A stretch of DNA of 64,000 bases from an uncultured Trueperaceae bacterium (GCA_963727505.1 CAVSGP010000002.1:32001-96000); one strand, 5' to 3'. Positions 1 through 12,822 are shown, counted from the stretch's first letter. Program-made: numbers and translations. The notes: generated by a model not told the origin, from the letters alone.

Positions 1-2306
1 TGCGTCGCCGTCGGCAACGTTGTTCAGTGCCGCGTCGTCGGGCCCCATGCGGAGTCGCGGGCCGCCGCTGAGGGCGTTCAGGTGGGGGTTGCGGTGCAGG
101 TACTCGATGCGCAGCATGCTCGGGACGACGAGGACGTTGCCCTCGACCGCCTCGCGGCTGCGGATGGCGACCTTCGCCGTCGTCCGGCCCTTGGACCGGT
201 GCAGATGCCCGGTGGGACCGAGCTCGGCGGGATCGATCTCGAAGCGTTTGCGGAGCACACGGCGCGCGCTGCGGACGCTGCGACCCTCGAGCCGCTTCCC
301 GAGCGCCTCGCCCAGCGCGCCGACCAGGCCGACGAAGTCCTCACTCTCGCCACCTTCGATCGATGCTGCGTGAACGCCCAGGAAGCGGCCCTCGAGGTTG
401 ACGGTGGTGCCGTCCTTCTCGAACACGCTCTTGGCGGGCAGCACCACGTCGGCGAGCTGCGCCGTCTCGGTGAGGAAGAGGTCGTGGACGACCAGGAAGT
501 CCTTCTGCTCGAGCTGCGCGCGGACGTCCGGGTCCTGCGCCGGGTCGAGGTTGGACAGGATCAGCGCGCGCGCCCCTTCGAGCATGTCGGGGTAGGCGTA
601 GCGCTCGTGGCTGGGGCCGACACCGACGAGCTCGAGCCCGTAGCTGTCGGCCATCGGGCCGAGGATGAGCACTTTGGCCTCGACCGCCTTGGCGAAGGCG
701 GTAGCGGCAGCGGCCGCCTCGCGAGTGGCCAGCACGAAGCCGCCGTAGACGAGGACGGCGTTGCCGGCACCGCGCAGACGCTTCACGAGCGCCTGCGCGT
801 CCTCCAGGCTCATGCCAAGCGCGGCCCGCTGCCCATCGTCGAGCTGGGGGGCGGCTTCGGATTCCTCGGCTTCGTCCGCCTGCTCGAGCTCCGCAACGGC
901 CTGCAGCGCCTGGAACAGGGCGGCCTCGCCGCCGGCGGGGTACTGCAGCGCGCTGCCGGCGTGCTTCATGAGATCGACGCGGTACGGCGCCGCCACCGTG
1001 AGTCTGTCCCGATGCACGACCGGGTGCTCCTTGAGCCGCAGGTCGGCGATGGGCACGCCGTGCGCCATGAGCTCCGGCGGGGTGACGCCCTTGAGCGCGT
1101 CCTTGATGCGCAGGTCGGCGATCGGGACCTCCTCGGTCACGTCGCCGACGACGAAGATGGCGTCGGCGGTGGCAAGGTCGGTCAGGGTGGCGGGGTTCTG
1201 CTGCGGGATCACCGACGCCGCGGGGCGCGGGGCGTGATCGAGCTGCCCGGTGCCGAGAGCTTCGGCCAGGGCCTTCGCCGCGATCCCCTCCTCGAGCGTG
1301 GCGTCGGCACGCAGCGCGATGCCGATGTCCTTGCCGCTGAGGCCAGCGAGTCGGTCGCGGATGGCGGCGGCCGCGTCCTCCCAGGTCACGGCCACGAGCT
1401 CGCCGTTCCGTCGGATCATGGGGGAGCGCACGCGGTCCTCGGAGTTGACGTACTCGTGCCCGAAGCGGGTGCCGTCGTCGATCCAGGTCTTGTTGACGTC
1501 GGGGTGCAGCGCGGCCTTGACGCGCTCGATGCGGCCGGTGCGGCCGTCCACCATGATGGCGCTTCCGGAGGCGTCGTCCATGCCGGTGGAACGGGTGTGC
1601 TGGTACTCCCAGTTGCGGCCGCGGAAGCGGCTCGTGGAGTCGAGCAGCGCACCGACCGGGCAGATGTCGGTGATGTTGCCGGTGAAGTTGCTGGGCAAGC
1701 CGTCCTCGAGCGTACCGATGTAGGTGTGCCCGCCGCGCTCGATGAAATCGAGCACCGAGTCGCCGGGGACCTCCTCGAAGTACCGCACGCAGCGCTTGCA
1801 GTGGATGCAGCGCTCGCGGTCCAGCGTGATCACCTCGGACAGGGGGTGGTGCTTCTCCTGGTGCCGCTTGTCGAAGTCGAAGCGGCTCAAGCCGGTGCCG
1901 TACTCGTAGGAGCGGTCCTGCAGCTCGCAGGCGCCGCCCTTGTCGCAAACCGGGCAGTCGAGCGGGTGGTTGATGAGGGTGAACTCCACCATCCCGTTCT
2001 GGATGTTCTTGACGTCCTCGGAGAGGGTGTCGACGACCATCCCCTCCATCACCTGCGTCGTGCAGGTTGCCATCATGTTGGGGAAGTAGAAGATCTTGGG
2101 CTCGCCGGACTCCTCTTCCAGGATCCAGTTGCCCTCCTTGTCCTTGCGGGGAGCGCCGACGCGAGCCAGGCACATGCGACAGGCCCCGATGGGCGACATG
2201 TACTCCTGGCTGCAGAAGTAGGGGACGTCGTAGCCCGAGGCGAAGATGGCGTCGATGACGCTGGTGCCCTGCGGGAAATCCATCGAGACGTCGTTGATGG
2301 TTACCT

Positions 2307-2310
<4 letters not shown>
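1..2310 (-). CDS. nuoG: NADH-quinone oxidoreductase subunit G (Nqo3), runs off the left edge
   Basis: Translated by hand from ATG at 2310 ([33 protein letters not shown]); Fe-S motifs [37 protein letters not shown] overlap with nuoF. Confidence 0.95.
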
Positions 2311-3658
<1,348 letters not shown>

Positions 3659-3659
<1 letters not shown>

Positions 3660-4270
3660 CAGCCCTCCCCCTCTCCCGTGGATGCACGGCCGGCGGCCGC
3701 GCTCATGAGGAAGTCGGCTTTCTCGGCGCCCTCGTTGTCGCCGCCACGCGCGCGCCACGCTTCCGGCATCTCGCCCTGCTTCAGCGCGTCGATGAGCTGG
3801 TCACAGCGCGCACGGCCGACGCGCTCGTAGTAGACGTCGTTGACCTGCAGTACCGGGCCGGTGCCGCAGGAACCGAGGCACTCGACCTTCTGGACGCTGA
3901 AGCGACCCTCGGCGTCCGTCTCGCCGTTGACGATGCCGAGCTTCTCGACCAGGTAGTCGTAGAGCTGGTCGCTACCGGCGAGCGAGCAGGAGAGCGTGGA
4001 GCAGACCTGCAGATGGTACTTGCCCACCGGCTCGCCGTGGTATTCGGAATAGAAGCTCATCACGCCCTTGACTTCGGTGGGGTGGATGTCCAGGATCTCC
4101 GCGATCTCGGCGATGCGCGCCTCGCTGACGTGGCGCTCTGCGTCCTGGACCTCCCACAGCAGGGGCATGACGGCGCTGCGCTTCCCGACCTCGGGATAGC
4201 GCCCGAGGATCTCGCGTACGAGGTCCTCCTTGTCGGCGAAGAAGGGGGGGATGGTGTCCAGTTCAACCAT
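3659..4270 (-). CDS. nuoE: NADH-quinone oxidoreductase subunit E
   Basis: CSTLSC and ECLGSC 2Fe-2S ligands; operon position. Confidence 0.96.
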
Positions 4271-4336
4271 GTTCGTTCCTCACGGCAGCGCGAGCCTCCG
4301 GCCGCCCCTCGACGGTCCGCACGATGCTGGCGCGCC

Positions 4337-5566
4337 TCACTTGTCCACGTCTCCCAGCACCGGGTCGAGGCTGGCGATGTTCATCACCATGTCCGCGAAC
4401 AGGCCGCCTACGCACATCGGTTCCAGCGACTGCAGGTTGATCAGGCTCGGCACCCGGATCTTGACGCGATAGGGCATCGATCCGCCGTCGCTGACGATGT
4501 AGTAGCCGAGCTCGCCGCGGGCGCTCTCGGTGGCCACGTAGACCTCGCCACGAGGTGCGTGGAAGCCCTCGGTGACCAGCTTGAAGTGGAAGATCACCGC
4601 CTCCATCGAGTTCTCCAGCTCGCTCCGGGGAGGCAGGCTGATGCGGCGGTCGGGGTCCTTGATCGGGCCCGGCTCGAGGCGGTCGAGCGCCTGGCGGACG
4701 ATCTTCAGGCTCTCGCGCATCTCGTCGATCCGGATCCGCAGGCGGCTCAGCAGGTCCCCCTCGGTGTAGGTGGGCACGTTGAAGTCGTAGTCCTCGTAGC
4801 CGCTGTAGGGAACTGTCTTGCGAAGGTCGATGGGCACGCCGCTGGCCCGCAGGCTCGGTCCCGTGAGGCCGTGGTCGATCGCCGTCTCGCGGGACAGGAT
4901 GCCGACACCCCTCGTGCGGTGTAGGAAGATGTCGTTCTTCGCGAACAGCCGCTCGTACTGCTCGATCATCTTCGGGAAGCTGCTCAAGAAGGCGCGCGCG
5001 GCAGGCACGAACTCTTCGGGAACGTCGCGGTAGAGACCGCCGACACGGAAGTAGCCGTAGTTCATCCGCACGCCACAGACCATCTCGAACAGGTCGAGGA
5101 TCTGCTCGCGCTCGCGCATGGTGTAGAAGAACGGCGTCAGCGCGCCCATGTCGAGGAGCCCGGTACCGACGAAGAGCAGGTGGCTGGCGATGCGGTTGAG
5201 CTCCACCAGCGCGACCCGGAGGCGCTGGGCACGCTCGGGAACCTTGGCGTCGAGCAGCTTCTCGACCGACAGCACGTACGCGAGGTCGTGGGTGAACCCC
5301 GTCACGTAGTCCATGCGGTTGGTATAGGTGACGCCCTGCTGGTACGTGCGGTTCTCCATCGTCTTCTCGAAGCCGGTATGGAGATAGCCGATCTGGGGCT
5401 TGAGGGCGACGATCTGCTCGCCGTCCAGGTCGACTACCAGACGCAACACGCCATGCGTGCTGGGGTGCTGCGGGCCGACGTTGAGCCGCATGTACTTGGT
5501 CTCGAACTCGCCGTGCCGCTCCTCGCGGGTCACGGTGGCGGCGTGGCCGAGGTCCTTGACGCTCAC
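4337..5566 (-). CDS. nuoD: NADH-quinone oxidoreductase subunit D
   Basis: [25 protein letters not shown]-terminal DPVLGDVDK. Confidence 0.97.
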   Translation of the reverse strand: MSVKDLGHAATVTREERHGEFETKYMRLNVGPQHPSTHGVLRLVVDLDGEQIVALKPQIGYLHTGFEKTMENRTYQQGVTYTNRMDYVTGFTHDLAYVLSVEKLLDAKVPERAQRLRVALVELNRIASHLLFVGTGLLDMGALTPFFYTMREREQILDLFEMVCGVRMNYGYFRVGGLYRDVPEEFVPAARAFLSSFPKMIEQYERLFAKNDIFLHRTRGVGILSRETAIDHGLTGPSLRASGVPIDLRKTVPYSGYEDYDFNVPTYTEGDLLSRLRIRIDEMRESLKIVRQALDRLEPGPIKDPDRRISLPPRSELENSMEAVIFHFKLVTEGFHAPRGEVYVATESARGELGYYIVSDGGSMPYRVKIRVPSLINLQSLEPMCVGGLFADMVMNIASLDPVLGDVDK

Positions 5567-6201
5567 GGCTTTCCACTCTCCTTGCCGTGCATGCCGGCGC
5601 CCTGGCCGGGCTCCTGCTCGCTGCGCGTCCCCTTGGCGGCGCCGCCCTTCCAGCCCGTCAGGCCGGAGTCAGCACCGACCAGGCCGGCGCGGAAGGCGGC
5701 CGGGTCGAGGAACCGGCCCTCGTTGAAGAGCGTCGGCGTCTCGCCCAGCGGGAAATCCTTGCGGTGCGGGTGGCCGTCGAAATCCTCGGGCAACAGCAGC
5801 CGGCGCAAGTCGGGGTGCCCTTCGAACGCCACACCGAACATGTCGTAGACCTCGCGTTCCATGAACATCGCGGCCTTGAACAGGTGGGTGATGGTCGGCA
5901 GGCTCTCGCCCTCGTCGACGTCGACGCGCAGGAACACGCGCTCGGTGCCTTCGAGGTTGCGCAGGTTGTAGGCCACCGTGAAGCGCTTTCCCTGGTGACC
6001 GGGGTAGGTGAGGTAGTCGATCCCGAAAACATCGGCGATCATCTCGAAACCGCCGTCCTTGGCGATCCGGACGGCGTCGACGATGCTCTCCCTGGGTATG
6101 GTCACGCTGACCATACCCAGGGACTCACGGAGGACGCCACCGAGGGGATCGAGCTTCGCCACGACGGCTTGGGTGGCGGCCGCGAGATCGAGCTGGCTCA
6201 C
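5563..6201 (-). CDS. nuoC: NADH-quinone oxidoreductase subunit C
   Basis: [32 protein letters not shown] start overlaps nuoB stop. Confidence 0.95.
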   Translation of the reverse strand: MSQLDLAAATQAVVAKLDPLGGVLRESLGMVSVTIPRESIVDAVRIAKDGGFEMIADVFGIDYLTYPGHQGKRFTVAYNLRNLEGTERVFLRVDVDEGESLPTITHLFKAAMFMEREVYDMFGVAFEGHPDLRRLLLPEDFDGHPHRKDFPLGETPTLFNEGRFLDPAAFRAGLVGADSGLTGWKGGAAKGTRSEQEPGQGAGMHGKESGKP

Positions 6202-6734
6202 CGCGACCACCCCTCGACCATCGGGAGCTGCACCCCGTGCTCGTCGAAGGCCTCGCCCCGCACCTTCTTCTGGAGCTGCATCACCGCGAAGACCAGTGCC
6301 TCCGGTCGTGGCGGGCAGCCGGGCACGAAGATGTCGACGGGTACCACCGAGTCGACGTTCTGCACGATGGCGTAGTTGTTGAACATGCCGCCCGAGGACG
6401 CGCACGCCCCCATCGAGATCACCCACTTGGGATCGGGCATCTGTTCATACACGCGCCGCATGATGGGCGCCATCTTCTTCGACAGCCGCCCGGCCACGAT
6501 CATCACGTCGGCCTGACGCGGGCTGGCTCGGAAGACCTCCGAACCGAAGCGCGCCATGTCGTTGCGGGCGTTGGTCGACTGCATCATCTCGATGGCACAG
6601 CAAGCCAGTCCGAAGGTGGCGGGCCACAGACTGTTGCTGCGGCCCCACGCCACCAGCTTCTCCAGCGACGAGAAGAGGATGCCCTCGTTCTCGAGCTCCT
6701 GGACGTCCTTTTCGAATAGATCTCTTAGGCCCAT
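6198..6734 (-). CDS. nuoB: NADH-quinone oxidoreductase subunit B
   Basis: [30 protein letters not shown]; Thermus Nqo6-like N-terminus; alternative start at 6740. Confidence 0.97.
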   Translation of the reverse strand: MGLRDLFEKDVQELENEGILFSSLEKLVAWGRSNSLWPATFGLACCAIEMMQSTNARNDMARFGSEVFRASPRQADVMIVAGRLSKKMAPIMRRVYEQMPDPKWVISMGACASSGGMFNNYAIVQNVDSVVPVDIFVPGCPPRPEALVFAVMQLQKKVRGEAFDEHGVQLPMVEGWSR

Positions 6735-6736
6735 GC

Positions 6737-7084
6737 TCACTTCCAGAACAGGACACCCTTGCGGAGGATGTACAGGTATCCGACCGCCAGGATGATCACG
6801 AACAGGATGGCCTGCACGTACAGGAACGTGGGCGCCTCCCGGAACTTGACCGCCAGCGGGTAGAAGAACGCGGTCTCCAGGTCGAAGATGATGAAGAGCA
6901 TGGCGACCATGTAGAAGTGCACCGGAAAGCGCTCACGCGCGCTGCCCGAAGCCGGGACCCCCGACTCGTAGGCGGCGAGCTTGGTCTTCGTCCCCTTCTT
7001 GGGGCCGAGCAGCGCACTCGCACCGATCGCGGCCGCGGCGATGAAGCCGGCCGCGATGAACATCATGAGAACGTCTAGGTACAA
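6737..7084 (-). CDS. nuoA: NADH-quinone oxidoreductase subunit A
   Basis: Three hydrophobic segments, YESG, FIIFDLE; AAGGAG RBS before a TTG start. Confidence 0.95.
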   Translation of the reverse strand: MYLDVLMMFIAAGFIAAAAIGASALLGPKKGTKTKLAAYESGVPASGSARERFPVHFYMVAMLFIIFDLETAFFYPLAVKFREAPTFLYVQAILFVIILAVGYLYILRKGVLFWK

Positions 7085-7148
7085 GGTTCTCCTTCACTCC
7101 CTTCGACGAGCGGGAAAGACCCTCTCCGACGTGTGAAACCCGGCTTCC

Positions 7149-7166
7149 ATGTGCCCAGTTTCACAA
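7149..7166 (-). promoter_or_regulatory. Putative Rex operator upstream of nuoA
   Basis: Minus strand TTGTGAA-ACTG-GGCACAT versus Rex consensus TTGTGAA-N4-TTCACAA; just downstream of an extended -10 (TGG-TAGACT, 7183-7191). Confidence 0.7.
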
Positions 7167-7600
7167 CCTTTCAACATCGGCAAGTCTACCAAAGGACGGA
7201 ACCCGCCAACAAGGGAAGAACGACCGACAACACGCCCCTGGGGGAGGGGGGTTGGTCGGCGCGAAGGCACACCCGGTCGACAGGCGGATCTCCTCACGCC
7301 TCCCATTGTGCTCCTTTACCGCACGCCACCTGCAACCCGGACCACGACATCCGCCTTTCGTGCGTCGCCGGCGAACGAAAGACGATCGGGCCGGCCCCCT
7401 GCCCGTGGGTGGTACTGGCAGGGTGGTGCTGGCAGGAGCACCTCACGCGCGCCTCCGCAACCCCTTCGCAACCCCTTTGCAGCCGGTTCCACGCGCCCCG
7501 AGGATCGCCGCTCGACGCCCCCCGGCCGGCACCCCGAAGCGCCTCCGGCAGGACCCCGAGAACCCCCTTGGGAACGCCAACTTTCGCGTTCCGGCGGGCC

Positions 7601-7629
7601 TTGACATCCCCTGGGGGCGTCCATATACT
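7601..7629 (+). promoter_or_regulatory. Sigma70 promoter of the tRNA-Lys/tRNA-Glu operon
   Basis: TTGACA-17 nt-TATACT, 12 nt before tRNA-Lys. Confidence 0.9.
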
Positions 7630-7641
7630 ACTGAGGCTGTT

Positions 7642-7717
7642 GGGTCGTTAGCTCAGTTGGTAGAGCAGCTGACTTTTAATCAGCGGGTCATAGGTTCGAG
7701 TCCTATACGACCCACCA
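7642..7717 (+). tRNA. tRNA-Lys (TTT)
   Basis: Cloverleaf, anticodon arm GCTGA-CT TTT AA-TCAGC, GGTTCGAGTCC T-arm, CCA end. Confidence 0.97.
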
Positions 7718-7727
7718 CAAGATGATT

Positions 7728-7803
7728 GGCCCCTTCGACTAGCGGTTCAGGTCACCACCCTTTCAAGGTGGCGGCACGGGTTCGAATCCCGTAGGGGTCA
7801 CCA
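7728..7803 (+). tRNA. tRNA-Glu (TTC)
   Basis: Anticodon arm CCACC-CT TTC AA-GGTGG, GGTTCGAATCC, CCA end. Confidence 0.97.
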
Positions 7804-7808
7804 GAAAC

Positions 7809-7832
7809 GGAGGCGCGATGAGCGCCTCCTTT
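7809..7832 (+). terminator. Intrinsic terminator after the tRNAs
   Basis: GGAGGCGC-GATGA-GCGCCTCC hairpin followed by TTT. Confidence 0.75.
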
Positions 7833-7840
7833 CTACTTGG

Positions 7841-8506
7841 CTACCCGTCGGCGCCGTCCCGACCAAGGCCCGCCAGGTAGCGTGGAACGGCCACGCTCTC
7901 CGGCACGCTGGTAGCGGCGATGGGCGTCCCCGGCTCCAGCCTTAGCGGCACCCATCCAGCCCACACGTCCGTTCCCTCCACCGCGGCATCGTCCCCGGGC
8001 GGGCCGGAGCGGACCTTCGCCGACGCCTCGTCCATCGAGAGGGCAAGCACCGTCGTCGCCTCGAGCTCTCGTTGATCGGGCGGCCGCACGTCCGCCCAGC
8101 GGCCGGGCATCACGTGCTCGGTGAAGGCTCGCAGGGCGGCCATCTTCTCGTCTTCCTCTTCGACAAGGCGCGCCCGTCCGAAGACCATCACCGAGCGGTA
8201 GTTCACCGAGTGCTCGAAGGCCGAGCGCGCCAGCACCAGGCCGTCGAGTAGGGTCACGGTCAGGCACACGTCGCAGCCACCGGCGAGCGACCGCATCATG
8301 CGGCTGACGGGTGAGCCGTGGAGGTACACGGCGTCCAGAATCCGCGCATGGAGCGTCGGGACGACGACCGGCGCGCCGTCGTGGACGAAGCCGACGTGGC
8401 ACACGAGCCCCTCGTCGAGGATCGCGTCGATGGTCTCGCGGTCGAAGGTACCCCGCTCGGGGTGGCGCCCCAGCTTGGTGCGCGCGCTTGGCGCTGCCTG
8501 TGGCAT
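7841..8506 (-). CDS. Pyridoxamine 5'-phosphate oxidase-like flavin-binding protein
   Basis: CHVGF, YLHGS, DGLVLARSAFEHSVNYRSV; leaderless start 6 nt after TATCAT. Confidence 0.85.
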   Translation of the reverse strand: MPQAAPSARTKLGRHPERGTFDRETIDAILDEGLVCHVGFVHDGAPVVVPTLHARILDAVYLHGSPVSRMMRSLAGGCDVCLTVTLLDGLVLARSAFEHSVNYRSVMVFGRARLVEEEDEKMAALRAFTEHVMPGRWADVRPPDQRELEATTVLALSMDEASAKVRSGPPGDDAAVEGTDVWAGWVPLRLEPGTPIAATSVPESVAVPRYLAGLGRDGADG

Positions 8507-8692
8507 GGCGCCATGATAGCGGCGACCGCCCGTGAACTTCCCCACTCGCCGCACGCCCGTCACCGCTCCCGCCTTCCCGAGACACGCGCGAGCAACCCGC
8601 TCCTGGACGGCATGCTCGAGGCGAGAGCACACCGGTTGGCGGCACCGACGCGTAAGCGTTCCGTCAGCCGCGCCCCGCTAGCGTGCTGCACG

Positions 8693-8947
8693 ATGAACGA
8701 CGCGATCCCCTTCACCATCCGCACGAAGTTGACGAACGCAATGGGGGATGTGGAAGACCTGGCCACGGCCAAGGGTCTCGCGCAGGTGTTCGCGATGGAG
8801 CTCTTCTCGCTCCGTAAGACGGTCGAGGAAGCCACGGATCTGGGCGACCTGGAGATGGCCGACAAGGCCCTCGGGGACGCCCGCGTCCTCTGGGGGCTGC
8901 TGCGTGGCACGCCCGGGCGCTACTGGGAGGTGGGCGCCCTGTCCTGA
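8693..8947 (+). CDS. Small hypothetical protein (84 aa)
   Basis: Genome-like codon usage, helical composition, -10-like TAGCGT just upstream. Confidence 0.6.
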   Translation: MNDAIPFTIRTKLTNAMGDVEDLATAKGLAQVFAMELFSLRKTVEEATDLGDLEMADKALGDARVLWGLLRGTPGRYWEVGALS

Positions 8948-9134
8948 CCTCGCCCCTCCCCCGCGCGCTGCATCCAGCGGCGCACGCCCTCTGCCGTACC
9001 CGGACCCCGCTTCCGTGTCGGCTGCGGAGGACGGACCCGCCGGGAATCGATTAGCGTGGAGCACCATGCCCCACACGGCTCGGCGGCACCGTCTCCACCG
9101 ACGGGCGCGCCTCGCCGGGGGCGGAGGAGGGAAC

Positions 9135-9860
9135 ATGTCCAGACTGGCCATCGCGCTGTCCGCCGCGCTCCTGGGGAGCGGGGTGGCAGGTGCCCAGGAC
9201 GCGCTGAGGTTCCAGACCTCGCTGGGGGAGCTCGTCATCACCCCGCTCGGTCACGGCTCGCTCCGCTTCGACGTCGCCGGCATGGTGATCCACGTCGACC
9301 CCTACGGCCAGGTCGCCGACTACGCCTCGCAGCCCAAGGCCGACTGGATCTGGATCACCCACGACCATGCCGACCACTACGACGAGGCGGCGATCGTCGC
9401 GGTGCGCAAGCCCGACACCCGTTTCCTGCTCGATCCTGCCAGCGCCGAACGGCTCGGCGAGGAGGCTACCGTGCTCCGGAACGGGGACACCGCCCAGGTC
9501 GGCGCCATCGCCGTGAAGGCGGTGCCCGCCTACAACATCCGCCAGAAGCGCACCAACGGCCAGCCCTATCACCCCAAGGGCGCCGGCAACGGCTATCTGG
9601 CGAGCTTCGGTGACTTCGTGGTGCACATCGGGGCCGACACCGAGTGCGTTCCTGAGATGCACGATCTCGGGCGGGTCGACGTCTCCTTCCTCCCCATCAA
9701 CCTGCCCTACACCATGACCCCGCAGGATGCCGCCGAGTGCTTCCGCGTCATCCGCCCCAAGGTGGCCGTTCCCTACCATCAGGGGGACTACGACCCGCAG
9801 ATCGTGGCCGACGCGCTGCGCGGCAGCGGTATCGACGTGCGCGTGCTGCCGCTCCATTGA
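9135..9860 (+). CDS. Secreted MBL-fold metallo-hydrolase
   Basis: Signal peptide, THDHADH motif, HVDPY, GGAGGAGG RBS. Confidence 0.88.
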   Translation: MSRLAIALSAALLGSGVAGAQDALRFQTSLGELVITPLGHGSLRFDVAGMVIHVDPYGQVADYASQPKADWIWITHDHADHYDEAAIVAVRKPDTRFLLDPASAERLGEEATVLRNGDTAQVGAIAVKAVPAYNIRQKRTNGQPYHPKGAGNGYLASFGDFVVHIGADTECVPEMHDLGRVDVSFLPINLPYTMTPQDAAECFRVIRPKVAVPYHQGDYDPQIVADALRGSGIDVRVLPLH

Positions 9861-11428
9861 CCGAGGAGGGGGCCGCTCGCAGCCCCGCTCGTGATGCGGG
9901 ATCGACGGCCGGGCTCGCGCCCGCCACCCGCCGCTGGGTGCTGGTGGCGGCGACGCTGGGCTCGAGCATGGTCTTCCTCGACAACTCGACGGTCAACGTG
10001 GCGCTCCCTGCGCTGCAGCGCTCGCTCGGTGCGTCGGTCGTCGACGTGCAATGGGTCATCAACGCCTACACGCTGTTCCTCGCCTCGCTGCTACTCATCG
10101 GCGGCGCCCTCGGTGACCTGCTGGGCCGACGCCGGGTGTTCGCGGTCGGGGTCGGCGTGTTCACGCTCGCGTCGATCGCCTGCGGCTTCGCTGCCAACAC
10201 CGAGATGCTCATCGTCAGCCGCGCCGCACAAGGGGTGGGCGGCGCCCTCCTCACGCCGGGCAGCCTGGCCCTCATCAACGGCGCCTATCCACGCGATCAG
10301 CGCGGCCCAGCGATCGGGCTGTGGTCGGGCTTCTCCGCCGTGGCGTCGGCCACCGGCCCGGTACTGGGCGGATACCTCATCGATACGCTGTCGTGGCGCG
10401 GGGTGTTCTTCCTCAACGTGCCGCTGGCCCTGGCGGTGCTGGCCGTGACCTGGTGGCGCATCCCGGCCACGCCCGGCGAGGCGGGGCCGCGGCGGCTCGA
10501 CGTGGCGGGCGCCCTCGCAGCGGTACTCGGCCTCGGGGGCGTGGTGTACGCGCTGATCGAGTCCTCCAACCGCAGCTTCGCGGCGCCGTCGGTGCTGGTG
10601 GCGCTCTTCGGCGGGCTGGCGGTGCTGGGGCTGTTCCTGGTGCTGGAGCGGCGCGCGCGGCGGCCCATGGTGCCGCTCGAACTGTTCCGGTCGCGTGCCT
10701 TCGCGGGCGCGAACGTGCTCACGCTCTTCCTCTACGCGGCGCTGTCCGGCCTGCTGTTCTTCCTGCCGATGAACCTGATCGAGGTGCAGGGCTACTCCGC
10801 TACGGCCGCCGGTGCCGCGCTGCTCCCCTTCGTGCTGTCCATGTTCCTGCTTTCGCGCTGGTCGGGAGGTCTGGTGGCACGGGTGGGCGCGCGCCTACCG
10901 CTGGTGGTGGGTCCGCTGGTGGTGGCCGTCAGTTTCCTGCTCTATGCCCGTACGGGCGCGACCGGCTCCTATTGGAGCGCGGTCTTCCCCGCCGTGCTGA
11001 CGCAGGGCCTGGGTATGGCGCTGTGCGTGGCGCCGCTCACCACGACCGTGATGGCCTCGGTCAGCGACGCTCGCTCCGCCACCGCTTCGGGCATCAACAA
11101 CGCGGCGTCACGGGTGGCGGGCTTGCTGGCGATCGGCGCGTTCGGCGCGCTCATGGTGGGGCTGTTCAGCGCGCACCTGGAGACCCGGTTGCCGGCGCTC
11201 GACCTGCCGCCGGCGGTGGTGCGGGCGGTACGCGCCCGCCACACCGACCTGGCCGCCCTCACCCCGCCGGATTCCCTCACCTCGCAACAGGCGCAGCGAC
11301 TACGCACAGCGGTCGACGACGCCTTCGTGTACGGCTTCCGGATCGTGATGCTGGCCTTCGCCGGGCTGGCGGTAGCAGCCTCGGGAGTGGCGTACGGCAC
11401 GCTCCGCGAGGACACCTCCCGAGACTAG
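9857..11428 (+). CDS. MFS transporter, DHA2/EmrB type
   Basis: LDNSTVNVALP, GDLLGRRR, WRGVFFLNVP; many TM segments; start approximate. Confidence 0.9.
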   Translation: MTEEGAARSPARDAGSTAGLAPATRRWVLVAATLGSSMVFLDNSTVNVALPALQRSLGASVVDVQWVINAYTLFLASLLLIGGALGDLLGRRRVFAVGVGVFTLASIACGFAANTEMLIVSRAAQGVGGALLTPGSLALINGAYPRDQRGPAIGLWSGFSAVASATGPVLGGYLIDTLSWRGVFFLNVPLALAVLAVTWWRIPATPGEAGPRRLDVAGALAAVLGLGGVVYALIESSNRSFAAPSVLVALFGGLAVLGLFLVLERRARRPMVPLELFRSRAFAGANVLTLFLYAALSGLLFFLPMNLIEVQGYSATAAGAALLPFVLSMFLLSRWSGGLVARVGARLPLVVGPLVVAVSFLLYARTGATGSYWSAVFPAVLTQGLGMALCVAPLTTTVMASVSDARSATASGINNAASRVAGLLAIGAFGALMVGLFSAHLETRLPALDLPPAVVRAVRARHTDLAALTPPDSLTSQQAQRLRTAVDDAFVYGFRIVMLAFAGLAVAASGVAYGTLREDTSRD

Positions 11429-12555
11429 CGGGCCCCGCCGATCGCCTCTACGATCGTCCCTGCGATCACCTCCGCCTCGCGGGCGATGCGCGAAAGCGTG
11501 CCGCCGGCCGTAACGACGAAGCCACAGAAGTGAAGTCCCGGCGCTTCCGGCAAGGCGAGCGGAAGGCGGTCGGGCAGATCACCGAAGCCCTCGAGCAGGT
11601 CCGGGTAGCCGACCCGGTAACCGGTCGCCAGCACCACTACGTCGACGGGAAGCTCCGTACCGTCCGCGAAGACCACCCGTTCGCCGTCGAAGCGCTCGAG
11701 TGCGGGGCGCACCGCGATCCGGCCGGCGCGCACGTGCCCGACGGTGCCGGCATCGATCAGCGGGATGCGCGCGCGCTCGCGCACCTGACGGGTGGGGCTG
11801 AACGGCGCGAACGGAAGCCCGTAGCGCGTCATGTCGCCGTAGCGCAAGCGCCGGACCGCGCGCCCGATGACGTCGGCGAGGGGTGCGGGCAGCCGCTCCA
11901 GGCGCGTCGCCACCTCCTCGACGGGCCTTCCCAGCATGCGCTTGGGCACCACGTTCACGGGACTGCGCACCGACAGCGCCACGCGAGCGCCGTGCTCTAC
12001 GAGATCGACTGCGATCTCACCACCGGAATTCCCGAAACCGACCACCAGCGCGCGCCGCCGGTGGAAGGGTGCGCCGTTGCGGTACTCGGAGCTGTGCAGT
12101 ACGGTCCCCGGGAACCGCTCGAGCCCCGGCCAATTGGGGCGGTAGGGGCGTTCGTTGAGCCCCGTGGCGATCACCAGGTGCTCTGCGAGGATCGTGCCGC
12201 GCTCGGTCTGCACATGCCATGCGCCGTCCTCACGAAAGGCGCGCTGTGCGGGCTCGCCCCATCGCGGCCGGAGGTCGAACGTCGCCGCGTAGTCCTCGAG
12301 GTAGGCAACCACCTCGTCGCGAGAGGGATAGTCGGGTGCTTCCTCCGGCCACGGCCTGCCGGGCAACCCCGAGTTGCGCTTGTGGGTGTGGAGGTGCAGG
12401 CGATCGTAGTGCCGTCGCCACGACGCCGCCGGGCGCGACTCGCGCTCGAGCAGCACGAAGCCCACGCCGCGGGCACGCAGGCACGCGGCGACCGCCAGCC
12501 CCGCCGGTCCCGCGCCCACGATGACCGCTCCGCAGCGGTCCCATCGTCGTTCCAT
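11425..12555 (-). CDS. Class B flavin monooxygenase (FMO/YUCCA-like)
   Basis: GAGPAG, YDRLHLHT, HSSEYRNG, GFGNSG, ATGY. Confidence 0.88.
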   Translation of the reverse strand: MERRWDRCGAVIVGAGPAGLAVAACLRARGVGFVLLERESRPAASWRRHYDRLHLHTHKRNSGLPGRPWPEEAPDYPSRDEVVAYLEDYAATFDLRPRWGEPAQRAFREDGAWHVQTERGTILAEHLVIATGLNERPYRPNWPGLERFPGTVLHSSEYRNGAPFHRRRALVVGFGNSGGEIAVDLVEHGARVALSVRSPVNVVPKRMLGRPVEEVATRLERLPAPLADVIGRAVRRLRYGDMTRYGLPFAPFSPTRQVRERARIPLIDAGTVGHVRAGRIAVRPALERFDGERVVFADGTELPVDVVVLATGYRVGYPDLLEGFGDLPDRLPLALPEAPGLHFCGFVVTAGGTLSRIAREAEVIAGTIVEAIGGAR

Positions 12556-12709
12556 GACCGTGCTCCTCCAGCGTTCGTGGGGGCATTCTAGGGCATGCGC
12601 CAGCGGACTCGCGCGCCCTGATTGTGAGCAAGCGGTCCTCGGCCCCGCGCGCAGCTCCTGGCTCATGGCATAATGCCCACGGTCGGGCGACTTGCGCCCA
12701 GACCTCCAC

Positions 12710-12784
12710 GGGCGATTAGCTCAGCGGAAGAGCGGCCGCCTTACAAGCGGTAGGTCGGCGGTTCGAACCCGTCATCGCCCACCA
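12710..12784 (+). tRNA. tRNA-Val (TAC)
   Basis: Anticodon arm CCGC-CT TAC AA-GCGG, GGTTCGAACCC, CCA end. Confidence 0.96.
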
Positions 12785-12822
12785 CTCTTGTTCTTGACCC
12801 GGTTGACGCGGCGGCGTCGCCG

